Of a stretch of 20,000 nucleotides of DNA, positions 1 through 7,374 are shown piece after piece. The DNA comes from an uncultured virus (IMG/VR IMGVR_UViG_3300021171_000137) (lineage: Duplodnaviria > Heunggongvirae > Uroviricota > Caudoviricetes): the IMG/VR virus record IMGVR_UViG_3300021171_000137; one strand, given 5' to 3'. Below the pieces are notes generated by a model. The model had not been told where the DNA came from and searched no databases. It saw only the letters and a list, made by a program, of their open reading frames with translations. Position 1 is the stretch's first letter; every line of letters starts with the position of its first letter. The translations under genes and the position numbers were made by a program.

Positions 1-1
1 G

Positions 2-1318
2 TTTTTAATCGGCGCGGTGGGCCAGGAAATGGTATCGGCCAACCTCTTTGGCCTGTGGCGCAACGACTGGCAGGGCAACCAGGCGCTTTACGCCACGCCG
101 CGCACGAACAACTTGCTGCAATCGCAGGCCTTCGGCCAAACGCCGTGGGCCACTCTCGGAAGCGTCACGCTTGGCGCGACCGCCGGCACGGCGCCGGACG
201 GTTCGAACACGGCCACGCTTGTCACCCAAACGGCCAACGCCAGTTCGGTCTACCAGGATGTGGCCTCGATCGGCACCCAGGCCTGGACAGCGTCCGCGTA
301 CGTGAAGGGTGCAACCAGCACCGACATATCGCTCACGATCTTCTGGTTCACGGGCGGAACTACGCAGTCAGTGAACGTGGCGATGAACCCTGCAACGGGG
401 GGCCTGGTTGCCACCGGTTCGAACATCGCGACGCTCACCAACTATTCGATCACGGCACTTCCGAACGGCTGGTATCGCATCTCGATTTCAGGTGTGGGCA
501 CCGATCCGAATAACACCAAGGTGCGCTTCCAAATCTACGACTTCACCGGCGCGAACGGCAGTTACTACCTGTGGGGCGCCCAACTCGAGGTTGGCAATAG
601 GGCCACTTCCTACCTCGTCACGATCCTCACCACGATCACGCTGACTGACTACGTGTTCGATGCCCTTACGGGCCTCATCAAGTTCACTGTCACGCCGCTG
701 CCCAATTCGCAGCTCACCTGGGTTGGCAATTTCATCTTTGAACTCGGCGAGCTACCGGCCTGGAAAGCCAGCATCGCAAGCCAGTACGCCAACAGCCCTG
801 CATTGCTGGCTCTGATCCAGTCGTTCGAAGAATGCGTTGACCCGGCGGCCAACATCGAGGCCTTTTTCAACCTGATCTGGAATATCGACACGGCGCAGGG
901 CTACGGGCTGGACGTGTGGGGCCGCATCGTCGGGGTGACTCGCATCCTGAACATTCCGACCACGACCGCGAAGTATTTCGGATTCCAGGAAGCCAGCGGC
1001 GCGCATATCGAGGGCTTCAACAATGCGGTGTTCTTCAATGTGAACGTCGCCTCGAACTTCGCCATTTCCGATGCGATCTTCCGCACGCTGATTCTGGTCA
1101 AGGCCCTGATGAACATTTCGCGCACGGCGACGCCGACGTACAACAAGGCGCTGATGACGCTTTTTCCTGGGATCGGCAACTGCTACGTGATCGAAACAGG
1201 CCCAATGACGGCCCAGCTCACCTTTCCGGCGCCGCTCTCCGTTGTGCAGAAGGCGATCCTGCAACAAACGGGCGTGTTCTCGCCGCCCACCGGCGTGACA
1301 TTCACGATTGCCCCATAG
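2..1318 (+). CDS. Baseplate protein, DUF2612-like C-terminal domain with N-terminal beta-rich extension (probably 5'-truncated by the window)
   Basis: The frame is open from base 2. The C-terminal half has SQYANSP...WNIDTAQGYGLDVWGRIVGVTR...YFGF, typical of DUF2612 baseplate proteins. It lies directly upstream of the tail fibre. Confidence 0.8.
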   Translation, partial: FLIGAVGQEMVSANLFGLWRNDWQGNQALYATPRTNNLLQSQAFGQTPWATLGSVTLGATAGTAPDGSNTATLVTQTANASSVYQDVASIGTQAWTASAYVKGATSTDISLTIFWFTGGTTQSVNVAMNPATGGLVATGSNIATLTNYSITALPNGWYRISISGVGTDPNNTKVRFQIYDFTGANGSYYLWGAQLEVGNRATSYLVTILTTITLTDYVFDALTGLIKFTVTPLPNSQLTWVGNFIFELGELPAWKASIASQYANSPALLALIQSFEECVDPAANIEAFFNLIWNIDTAQGYGLDVWGRIVGVTRILNIPTTTAKYFGFQEASGAHIEGFNNAVFFNVNVASNFAISDAIFRTLILVKALMNISRTATPTYNKALMTLFPGIGNCYVIETGPMTAQLTFPAPLSVVQKAILQQTGVFSPPTGVTFTIAP

Positions 1319-1330
1319 GGACGCCAACCG

Positions 1331-2272
1331 ATGCTTGCCAGTCAGATTCCGACCTATTTTCCAGAGCCATTCGCGATCAACGCCGGAGCCGGGTACACGC
1401 GCCCGATCCCGAAGAATTCGCAAATCGGCCTCATCAACGGGGCCGCGAGCCTGAACGATGGTTTCCCGCCGTTGTGCTTTCAGCCGATCGAGAGCGGCGG
1501 CTTTGCACCGTTCGGTCAGGATTTCAACGGGTTGCTCGAGCAGATCACGGCCGGCTTGCAGTGGCTTCAGGCCGGGGGCCTCGCGCAGTACAACTCGACG
1601 CTTCAGACCGCGATCGGCGGCTACCCGAACGGCGCCGTGCTGATCAAGGCTTCCGGCAACGGGTTTTGGATTTCGACGGCCGACAACAACGTAACCGATC
1701 CGGACACGGGGGGCGCCGGCTGGAACGACCTACTGGCCATTTACGTAAAGAACGACGGCCACACCTACGGCATCAGCATCACCGGCAATGCAGCCACGGC
1801 CACCACGGCTAACACGGCGACCTCGGCGCTGACCGCGGGCTCAGCAACCACGGCCACCACGGCCACGACGGCCGCCAGCGCGACGGTTGCCGGCAGCGCA
1901 AGCAACTCGTCGACCCAGGCGGTTGGCACCAACAACACCACGATTGCCACGACGGCCTTCGTCAATCAGAACGCGTTCGGTACAGGCGGCCAGACCTGGG
2001 GGGACCAGACCGGCGCGCGCTCGGTGGGAGTGGCATACACGAATTCGACGGGACGGCCGATCTACGTATCGGTGACCACGCGGAATACGGGTCCAGGTAA
2101 CGGCGGCTCGATTTCTGCTCTGGTAAATGGCGTCACCATTTCGCAGGCCAGCAATTTCAACTTGAACTACCAGAACCACGTTTCTTTCATCGTGCCCCCT
2201 GGCGGCGTCTACCAGGTGAACAACATAGGAACCACAGCGCAAGCGTTGAATCTGTGGGCCGAATGCAGGTAA
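1331..2272 (+). CDS. Tail fibre protein
   Basis: The N-terminus (PFA..GAASLNDGFPP..GQDFNGLL..IGGYPNGAVL..STADNN.TDP) matches Bcep781/DUF2612-associated fibres as I recall them. It has a Thr/Ala-rich stalk, an IATTAFV motif and a C-terminal YTNSTGRPIYVSV...SFIVPPG..Y tip ending WAECR. Confidence 0.88.
   Translation: MLASQIPTYFPEPFAINAGAGYTRPIPKNSQIGLINGAASLNDGFPPLCFQPIESGGFAPFGQDFNGLLEQITAGLQWLQAGGLAQYNSTLQTAIGGYPNGAVLIKASGNGFWISTADNNVTDPDTGGAGWNDLLAIYVKNDGHTYGISITGNAATATTANTATSALTAGSATTATTATTAASATVAGSASNSSTQAVGTNNTTIATTAFVNQNAFGTGGQTWGDQTGARSVGVAYTNSTGRPIYVSVTTRNTGPGNGGSISALVNGVTISQASNFNLNYQNHVSFIVPPGGVYQVNNIGTTAQALNLWAECR
1783..1910 (+). repeat. Low-complexity (A-T-T/A-x-T) coding repeats in the fibre stalk
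   Basis: GNAATATTANTATSALTAGSATTATTATTAASATVAGSASNS; recurring ccacggccaccacgg in the DNA. Confidence 0.7.
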
Positions 2273-2282
2273 AAAGGACACC

Positions 2283-2582
2283 GTGATGCGCCACTTCCAA
2301 AATCCTGCCAATGGTCAGATTCACGGCTACGACGTCGACGGATCGCAGGACGATCTGATCGGCAAAGCCATCGATGCGCATTGGGAAGAAGTCCATGACG
2401 TTACCCAAGCGGCTGCGCCCGCGGGTGCGCCGCAGCTTCCCGGCGCCCACGACAGGATTCTCGAACTGGAAGCGAGCGTGACGCCGCGCCGGCTGCGCGA
2501 AGCGATCCTGACGGAACGAGGCCGCGACTGGCTGGTCAATATCTACGATCAGATCGAGGCTCTGAGAAAGCAGCTGTCATAA
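2283..2582 (+). CDS. Putative tail fibre assembly/chaperone protein
   Basis: AAGGA SD upstream; follows the fibre gene. The C-terminal ILELEAS.TPRRLREAIL...IEALRKQL helix is typical of fibre chaperones. Confidence 0.6.
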   Translation: MMRHFQNPANGQIHGYDVDGSQDDLIGKAIDAHWEEVHDVTQAAAPAGAPQLPGAHDRILELEASVTPRRLREAILTERGRDWLVNIYDQIEALRKQLS

Positions 2583-2837
2583 GTGAAGAAACGGAACAAA
2601 AACGCGCCTGTCTTCCGAATCGGCAACGCCCTGGTCGCTGTCGATCACTACACGTCGACTGAAACGCCAGGGCCTTTTTACATCTTCACCGTCACTAGGG
2701 ATGAGGACGGCATCACATTCCAGTACCGCTTCAATCCGAAGGCCGTACCAACTGGTTTAGACGGAGAAGTGCTGGCCCGTTACCTGCTCGAGCATGCCGC
2801 GGATGCCAAATTCATGCGTTACTGGAAAGAAGAATAG
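2583..2837 (+). CDS. Hypothetical protein (84 aa)
   Basis: GTG start abuts the previous TAA; protein-like composition. Confidence 0.55.
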   Translation: MKKRNKNAPVFRIGNALVAVDHYTSTETPGPFYIFTVTRDEDGITFQYRFNPKAVPTGLDGEVLARYLLEHAADAKFMRYWKEE

Positions 2838-3010
2838 CTGACCTCGGCAACAGCACCACGGATACGGGATTAAGGATTCGAATCCAGTATCCGCAGGGTT
2901 GAAAGTGCTCTAAACGAGTCCACCCGCGTATCAAACGCGGTTCGCTCTGGATCATCGGTGCGCGCAGTGGGCCGTTTTTCGAGCGATTAAGGCCATCGGG
3001 CATAGCCAGA

Positions 3011-3241
3011 ATGCGCCCCATGCCTGCAAACGATCCAATCTGGACCGCAAAGGTTCCGGCGGCGCCGCTTGATCCGGCCCCGCTTAAGCCGCTCGAGGCC
3101 GCAACGGCGTCGCGTGGCATCGGCGTGGTTCCGGTGCAGCCGACAATGCCGTACGCCACGCTACTCACCTTTGCCGCGGTGGTTTGCCTGCTCGGCGCCC
3201 TGGCCTGGTACATCCTTTATGTTCACGTGGCAGTCACCTAA
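3011..3241 (+). CDS. Small membrane protein with one C-terminal TM helix
   Basis: Pro-rich N-terminus followed by hydrophobic LLTFAAVVCLLGALAWYILYV; start uncertain (3011 or 3020). Confidence 0.55.
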   Translation: MRPMPANDPIWTAKVPAAPLDPAPLKPLEAATASRGIGVVPVQPTMPYATLLTFAAVVCLLGALAWYILYVHVAVT

Positions 3242-3437
3242 TGTTAGGCCCGCGCGCCCGGGAGTCTTTCCGGTGACGGTGCCGGTAGGCCCTTCGAACG
3301 TCCAATTGCGGCCCACGGAAGTGCGCTGGGCGCGCTGGACGGGCGAATACTGGTGCTGCTGGGGGACGACGCCAGAGCGGGCCGCTAGGGCCTCGTTTCC
3401 CGGACCGTCGGCTGGATACAGGTGGGCCAACCAATGA
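3219..3437 (+). CDS. Hypothetical phage protein (72 aa, Trp-rich)
   Basis: ATG 3219 gives MFTWQSPNVRPARPGVF...RWTGEYW. The stop overlaps the endolysin start (ATGA 3434-3437). Confidence 0.6.
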   Translation: MFTWQSPNVRPARPGVFPVTVPVGPSNVQLRPTEVRWARWTGEYWCCWGTTPERAARASFPGPSAGYRWANQ

Positions 3438-3895
3438 CACCGCAGGATTTCATCAGTCAGCTAACGCCGGCCGCGCAGTCATCGGCCGCTATCACCAAGA
3501 TCCCGGCCTCGTTCACGATCGCCGAAGCGGCGCTCGAATCGGGCTGGGGTGCCTCGCAGCTGGCGCGCGATGGCTTCAACCTGTTCGGTGTGAAGGCCGA
3601 TCCCTCCTGGACCGGCGACGTGCTTCAGATGAACACCCGCGAATTCCTGAACGGCCAGTGGGTGATGCAGCTTGCGAACTGGCGCAAGTATGGCGACTGG
3701 CTCGGAGCTATCCAGGATCACGCAGCCTTTCTGCTCGGTAACCCGCGCTACCAGGCGGCGTTCGAAACCACGAACGGCATCGACTTTGCCAGTGCCGTTG
3801 CGGCGGCCGGCTACGCCACCGATCCTCAGTACGCCAGCAAGATCGCCTCGATCATTCGTGCGCACGGCCTGCTCGGCCTGGACAGCGTCGCGTGA
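3434..3895 (+). CDS. Endolysin, glycoside hydrolase family 73 (FlgJ/glucosaminidase-like)
   Basis: AALESGWG (catalytic Glu), NLFGVKA, T.EF.NG and GYATDPQY (YxTD) motifs; no signal peptide visible. Confidence 0.93.
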   Translation: MTPQDFISQLTPAAQSSAAITKIPASFTIAEAALESGWGASQLARDGFNLFGVKADPSWTGDVLQMNTREFLNGQWVMQLANWRKYGDWLGAIQDHAAFLLGNPRYQAAFETTNGIDFASAVAAAGYATDPQYASKIASIIRAHGLLGLDSVA

Positions 3896-4197
3896 ACCCC
3901 GAAAGCGCCTGGTCGAAGTTCTGGCGCCACATCAGCACCGGCCCGGACAATCAGACCATCGAGCCGGCCAACGTGATGGCGATCGTGCACTGCCTTTTCA
4001 CGATGATGGTGGCCAGCACTGGCACGCTGATCTGGCTGTGGAAGGCCTGCAAGGCCTCTGGCGTGCCCGATCTACAGTCCTTTGGCATCGGCCTTAGCGC
4101 GGTGGGTGCGTCGGTCGCCGCGGCGATCTGGGCCCTCGGCAAGGCGCAGGGCGCGCGCGGCGACGCGGTTTACGCGGGCCGGGGGGACGGCAAATGA
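3892..4197 (+). CDS. Putative holin (2 predicted TM helices)
   Basis: Two hydrophobic segments, GTGA/ATGA coupling to both neighbours, located between endolysin and spanin genes. Confidence 0.7.
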   Translation: MNPESAWSKFWRHISTGPDNQTIEPANVMAIVHCLFTMMVASTGTLIWLWKACKASGVPDLQSFGIGLSAVGASVAAAIWALGKAQGARGDAVYAGRGDGK

Positions 4198-4619
4198 ACT
4201 TGCTCGACTACATCAAGATCGGCGTGCCCGCCGCGGTCGCGGTCATGCTGGGCGTGTGGCTGCTGGTTGCCAAGGGTGAGCTGGCAACGACGCAGGCGGC
4301 CCTCACAACGACGCAAGGCAAGCTCTCGACCAGCGAAGCCGATCTGGCGATCGCCAATGCGAACCTGACAACCGTTCGTGGGGCCCTCGTCGACGCCAAT
4401 CAGCGCACGCTGGATGCAGCGGCCGATGGCAAGAAAGCCGACGCCGCGGCCCAGCAAGAGGTTTCGGCCGCACGGGTCGCCAATCAAACGCTCGCGGTTC
4501 GCGTGGCCGCGCTCGAGGGGCAGGCCAGGGCGAGCGCGCCGCGCCCCGCTGGGCTGGACGCATGCCAGAACGCAGACAGAATCTTGACTGAGCAGATCGA
4601 TGCTGGCCCGGTTAAGTAA
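4194..4619 (+). CDS. i-spanin (Rz-like), pair 1
   Basis: N-terminal TM helix (IGVPAAVAVMLGVWLLVA), Ala-rich coiled coil and a single Cys near the C-terminus. The 3' end overlaps a lipoprotein gene. Confidence 0.8.
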   Translation: MNLLDYIKIGVPAAVAVMLGVWLLVAKGELATTQAALTTTQGKLSTSEADLAIANANLTTVRGALVDANQRTLDAAADGKKADAAAQQEVSAARVANQTLAVRVAALEGQARASAPRPAGLDACQNADRILTEQIDAGPVK

Positions 4620-4893
4620 ACTCACGGCGGGTATGTTTGCAGCCACCTTGGTGCAGGCTTGCAGCACTGCTGCCTCGCCACCACTTGCGCCCGTGATCGA
4701 GATTCAGAAGGAAGAAGTCCAGGTGCGCGTGCCGTGCCAGGTCGCTGACGTGCCGGCGGTGAAGTATCCGTTCGACGAAGCCACCAAAGACTCTCCAATC
4801 GACACGAAAGTGGAATTGCTCACTGCGGATCGGCTGGCGCGCGCCGAAACAGAGCGCGTGCTTCGCGCGGCGTTGGACGGTTGCAGGAAGTAA
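4600..4893 (+). CDS. o-spanin (Rz1-like lipoprotein), pair 1
   Basis: Signal peptide II MLARLSKLTAGMFAATLVQA-C, Pro-rich linker, V.VPC motif and C-terminal L.AALDGCRK. Overlaps the i-spanin by 20 nt. Confidence 0.82.
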   Translation: MLARLSKLTAGMFAATLVQACSTAASPPLAPVIEIQKEEVQVRVPCQVADVPAVKYPFDEATKDSPIDTKVELLTADRLARAETERVLRAALDGCRK

Positions 4894-4897
4894 TTCG

Positions 4898-4990
4898 ATG
4901 CCTCCAGAAGCCGGAGAAGTCATTGCGCTGATCCTTCTCGCAGCGCTGTTGTGGACCGTGTTCACGACCAAGTCGCGCAACGGCAAGTGA
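4898..4990 (+). CDS. 30-aa single-TM micropeptide (not in the ORF track)
   Basis: MPPEAGEVIALILLAALLWTVFTTKSRNGK*; AGGAAG SD about 7 nt upstream; acidic N-terminus, hydrophobic core, basic C-terminus. Confidence 0.55.
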   Translation: MPPEAGEVIALILLAALLWTVFTTKSRNGK

Positions 4991-5059
4991 CCCGTCGGCA
5001 CGTGCTGAATCATTGAGTTATTAGCGCGATCGCGGTATTGCAGGCTGAGCCATCATTGA

Positions 5060-5407
5060 ATGATGGGAGCCATGCGACATTTGCGCGAGGTCGACGTCGG
5101 CGAGAGCGAACGGCCGCCTCCGCCGCCGCGCGCGCCGTGGTCAATCATGAGTCTGAGCGTGCCGCTACAGACAGCGGTCGGCGTTCTGCTATGGACGGGC
5201 GCTGCGGTTGCATATATCGATCACAGATTCGGCAAGGTCGACGTGGTCGCTGCGCAGCAGGAAAAAGATCGCGAAAAGGCCGTAAGCGACAAGGAACTGA
5301 TCGCTAAGGATTTTCAATTGCGCGACCAGCGGATCGACGAGCTTAAGGGGCAAATGCAGTTAATGGAATGCAAGGTTGACGGCGGCAAGGCCTGCGGGGG
5401 CAGATGA
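5060..5407 (+). CDS. Single-TM membrane protein (holin/antiholin-like candidate)
   Basis: One TM segment (TAVGVLLWTGAAVAYI), charged coiled coil, C-terminal C-x7-C. ATGA-coupled to the next gene. Possible starts at 5060, 5063 and 5072. Confidence 0.6.
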   Translation: MMGAMRHLREVDVGESERPPPPPRAPWSIMSLSVPLQTAVGVLLWTGAAVAYIDHRFGKVDVVAAQQEKDREKAVSDKELIAKDFQLRDQRIDELKGQMQLMECKVDGGKACGGR

Positions 5408-5988
5408 TGAATGAGCAGATGGTGGACGATGAAGCCGCGCCGAAGCGCAAGCGCATTCACCCGCTTGCGTGGGTGACGCCCTGTCTTCTCGCGGCCGCGG
5501 TGTGCGTCAGCACGGGCTCGGTGATCACTTCGCGCTACGACAAAGCGGCCGCAATCAAGCTGGCAGAACAGGTCGCAAAAGACCGGAAACAGGATCGCGA
5601 AGACGCGGGCGCGCGCGAGGCGCACTTGAATGAATTACTCCAAACCGAGAGAAAAGAAAATGAGAAAGAGGCCCAGCTTCGCCAGCGCAACCACATGGCT
5701 TTTGCTCAGCACGCTGGCCGGGTGCGCAGCGCTCTCGAAGCCGACCTGTCCCGTAGTCGAACCGACAGCGACGCCTGTACCGTCCGAATTGCTCGAATCT
5801 CCGAGGACTACGGAGACGTCGACGACCTACTCCGAGAAAGTGTCCAACTTCTCGAAGAAGGTAAAGCAGAGGGCGCTCGCCTCGAAGCAGAAAACAAGCG
5901 CCTCGCCCGCATCGCCGCCGGCTGGCAGCAGCGCTACGCCCTCGAGCACGCCGAACGCATCACGGTGACCGCGAAGAAAGGCGGCTAG
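5404..5988 (+). CDS. i-spanin (Rz-like), pair 2
   Basis: Basic KRKR, then TM helix (LAWVTPCLLAAAVCVSTGSVI), then a long coiled coil with a Cys. Contains an embedded lipoprotein ORF. Confidence 0.72.
   Translation: MMNEQMVDDEAAPKRKRIHPLAWVTPCLLAAAVCVSTGSVITSRYDKAAAIKLAEQVAKDRKQDREDAGAREAHLNELLQTERKENEKEAQLRQRNHMAFAQHAGRVRSALEADLSRSRTDSDACTVRIARISEDYGDVDDLLRESVQLLEEGKAEGARLEAENKRLARIAAGWQQRYALEHAERITVTAKKGG
5660..5968 (+). CDS. Embedded o-spanin (Rz1-like lipoprotein), pair 2
   Basis: In the +1 frame, wholly inside 5404-5988: MRKRPSFASATTWLLLSTLAG-C with a canonical LAGC lipobox, then Pro-rich KPTCPVVEPTATPVPSELLESP. Confidence 0.72.
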   Translation: MRKRPSFASATTWLLLSTLAGCAALSKPTCPVVEPTATPVPSELLESPRTTETSTTYSEKVSNFSKKVKQRALASKQKTSASPASPPAGSSATPSSTPNASR

Positions 5989-6169
5989 GACGCGGTCGTT
6001 TCAGGCCCAGAAACCAATCCATTAGCCGCTCGAGCAGATAACGGCTGCCGTGATATGGCGCCGCTGATGCCAGCGCCACAATGCCCAGAGCCAGCAGGAA
6101 AAGCAGCGCGAACGGAAGGCATACCCACCAGTACCACGGCCGCGCGGGCAAGCTCGCCGGGTAAGCCAT
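5960..6169 (-). CDS. Small membrane protein (69 aa), last gene of the leftward operon
   Basis: ATG 6169 lies 2 nt after the previous stop: MAYPASLPARPWYWWVCLPFALLFLLALGIVALASAA... Confidence 0.6.
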   Translation of the reverse strand: MAYPASLPARPWYWWVCLPFALLFLLALGIVALASAAPYHGSRYLLERLMDWFLGLKRPRPSRLSSRSP

Positions 6170-6171
6170 CG

Positions 6172-6609
6172 CTATGACGGATTCTGCATAACGTTGATCA
6201 CCATGAGCGGCTGCACCACGTTGACCGCGATCGCGCGTTCGGCTCCGCGCTGTAGATTCTCCGTCCATACGGTGCACGTTTCCAAGCCGACCACGAATCC
6301 CAATTCTTCGGCCACCATCCAGACGGCGTATTGGTTCGGCGCCCTGCCCTTGCGGGTGGATGACATCGACATGTGACGGCAGGCGCCGATCGGGTGGCCG
6401 TGCTCGATCGAAAAGGTCACAAGGTACGTCATCGGCAGATCGATCGTCTGGGCGTCCATCTGAGCCATGTGCGCGCGCTTCCCGTCGGGTGTCTGAATGC
6501 GCTCGAACAGGCCCACCACATTGACCGGGTTTTCGGCTGCTAGGCGTCGCAGCTCGGCTAGGGCCGCCTTCTCGTGCTCGCCGATGATCAGCGCCGATCC
6601 GAAGCTCAC
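6172..6609 (-). CDS. Hypothetical phage protein
   Basis: GTGA overlap with the upstream gene at 6606-6609; VTFSIEHGHP..CRHMSMS motif. Confidence 0.7.
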   Translation of the reverse strand: MSFGSALIIGEHEKAALAELRRLAAENPVNVVGLFERIQTPDGKRAHMAQMDAQTIDLPMTYLVTFSIEHGHPIGACRHMSMSSTRKGRAPNQYAVWMVAEELGFVVGLETCTVWTENLQRGAERAIAVNVVQPLMVINVMQNPS

Positions 6610-6986
6610 GGCATCTTCTCCGGGAATGGCCACTTGCCCGCGGCGCGAAGCTCTTCGACGGTCGGATCACCGGGCCGAACAATCCCATCGCGGATCATCT
6701 TGTCGCGGACCTCCCGGACCAGTTCGGCGCCGGCTGGCGTTTCAAGCATCGCTCGATCTTCCTCACGACAGGCCTGTACCCGGATCAGCGGCCGGCTGTC
6801 GCCCTGGCATCTATTCCGCGGCAGACGGCGCGCTTCGTCTACTGCTTCGAGGAATTCCTGAAACAGCGCTTCGCTGTGCTGTTCGTAGCGTTCCGTGATC
6901 GCGCGGATCGCCGACTCGAACAGGGCCACCGACTCGGCGTCTTCGATCAGCTTGGCTTCTTCGGTGGGGGGCTTTCTTCGGCGCAT
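6606..6986 (-). CDS. Hypothetical protein
   Basis: Likely start MRRRKPP at 6986 with AGGAG upstream; helical composition. Confidence 0.6.
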   Translation of the reverse strand: MRRRKPPTEEAKLIEDAESVALFESAIRAITERYEQHSEALFQEFLEAVDEARRLPRNRCQGDSRPLIRVQACREEDRAMLETPAGAELVREVRDKMIRDGIVRPGDPTVEELRAAGKWPFPEKMP

Positions 6987-7159
6987 GCGTTTCGCTCCTG
7001 AGCGGCCTTCCTGATACGCGCCTGGCCGTGCCGGGCGCAGTAATTGCCCAATGGCTGATTCTGTAGGCCCATCACGGTGCCAGTCGCGGGAATTGTGCAC
7101 GCGGGATGACTGCAATTTCCCAGCTGCTTGAACCAGCGGGCTTCGTCAGGCTCTTTCAA
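6947..7159 (-). CDS. Hypothetical protein, possible Zn-binding (C-x4-C...C-x2-H)
   Basis: TTGA overlap with the upstream stop at 7156-7159; fills the gap in the operon. Confidence 0.5.
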   Translation of the reverse strand: MKEPDEARWFKQLGNCSHPACTIPATGTVMGLQNQPLGNYCARHGQARIRKAAQERNACAEESPPPKKPS

Positions 7160-7374
7160 ATGATCTGCCCGAACCGCATCGGCGGTGGCCAGCCGTAAGT
7201 TTCCGGATCGATGATGTTGATTTTCGCTCCGCAAGGCATTTTCACGTTTCGCGACTCACCGCCGCTAGGACCCAGCAACAGCTCGTCAGGCGCCGCCTTT
7301 TCGCCGCATATCGGACATTCTCCCCGCTCGAGCCGATCAAGCTCGGCTTCCGTCATGTCGCGAATCTGTCTCAT
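7156..7374 (-). CDS. Small zinc-ribbon-like protein
   Basis: CPICG...GPSGG.SRNVKMPCG; ATGA-coupled with GAGG SD. Confidence 0.65.
   Translation of the reverse strand: MRQIRDMTEAELDRLERGECPICGEKAAPDELLLGPSGGESRNVKMPCGAKINIIDPETYGWPPPMRFGQII

Noticed and set aside
1783..1910. Short DNA repeats as a CRISPR array or regulatory repeat
   Set aside because: They are in-frame codon repeats of a Thr/Ala-rich fibre stalk with no spacer structure.
2100..2272. Tail fibre tip as a DGR variable region or invertible segment
   Set aside because: I saw no template repeat, reverse transcriptase, invertase or second fibre tip in this window.
2874..2885. GGATTCGAATCC resembling a tRNA T-arm
   Set aside because: No acceptor, D or anticodon arms could be built on either strand; it is kept only as part of the structured-gap finding.
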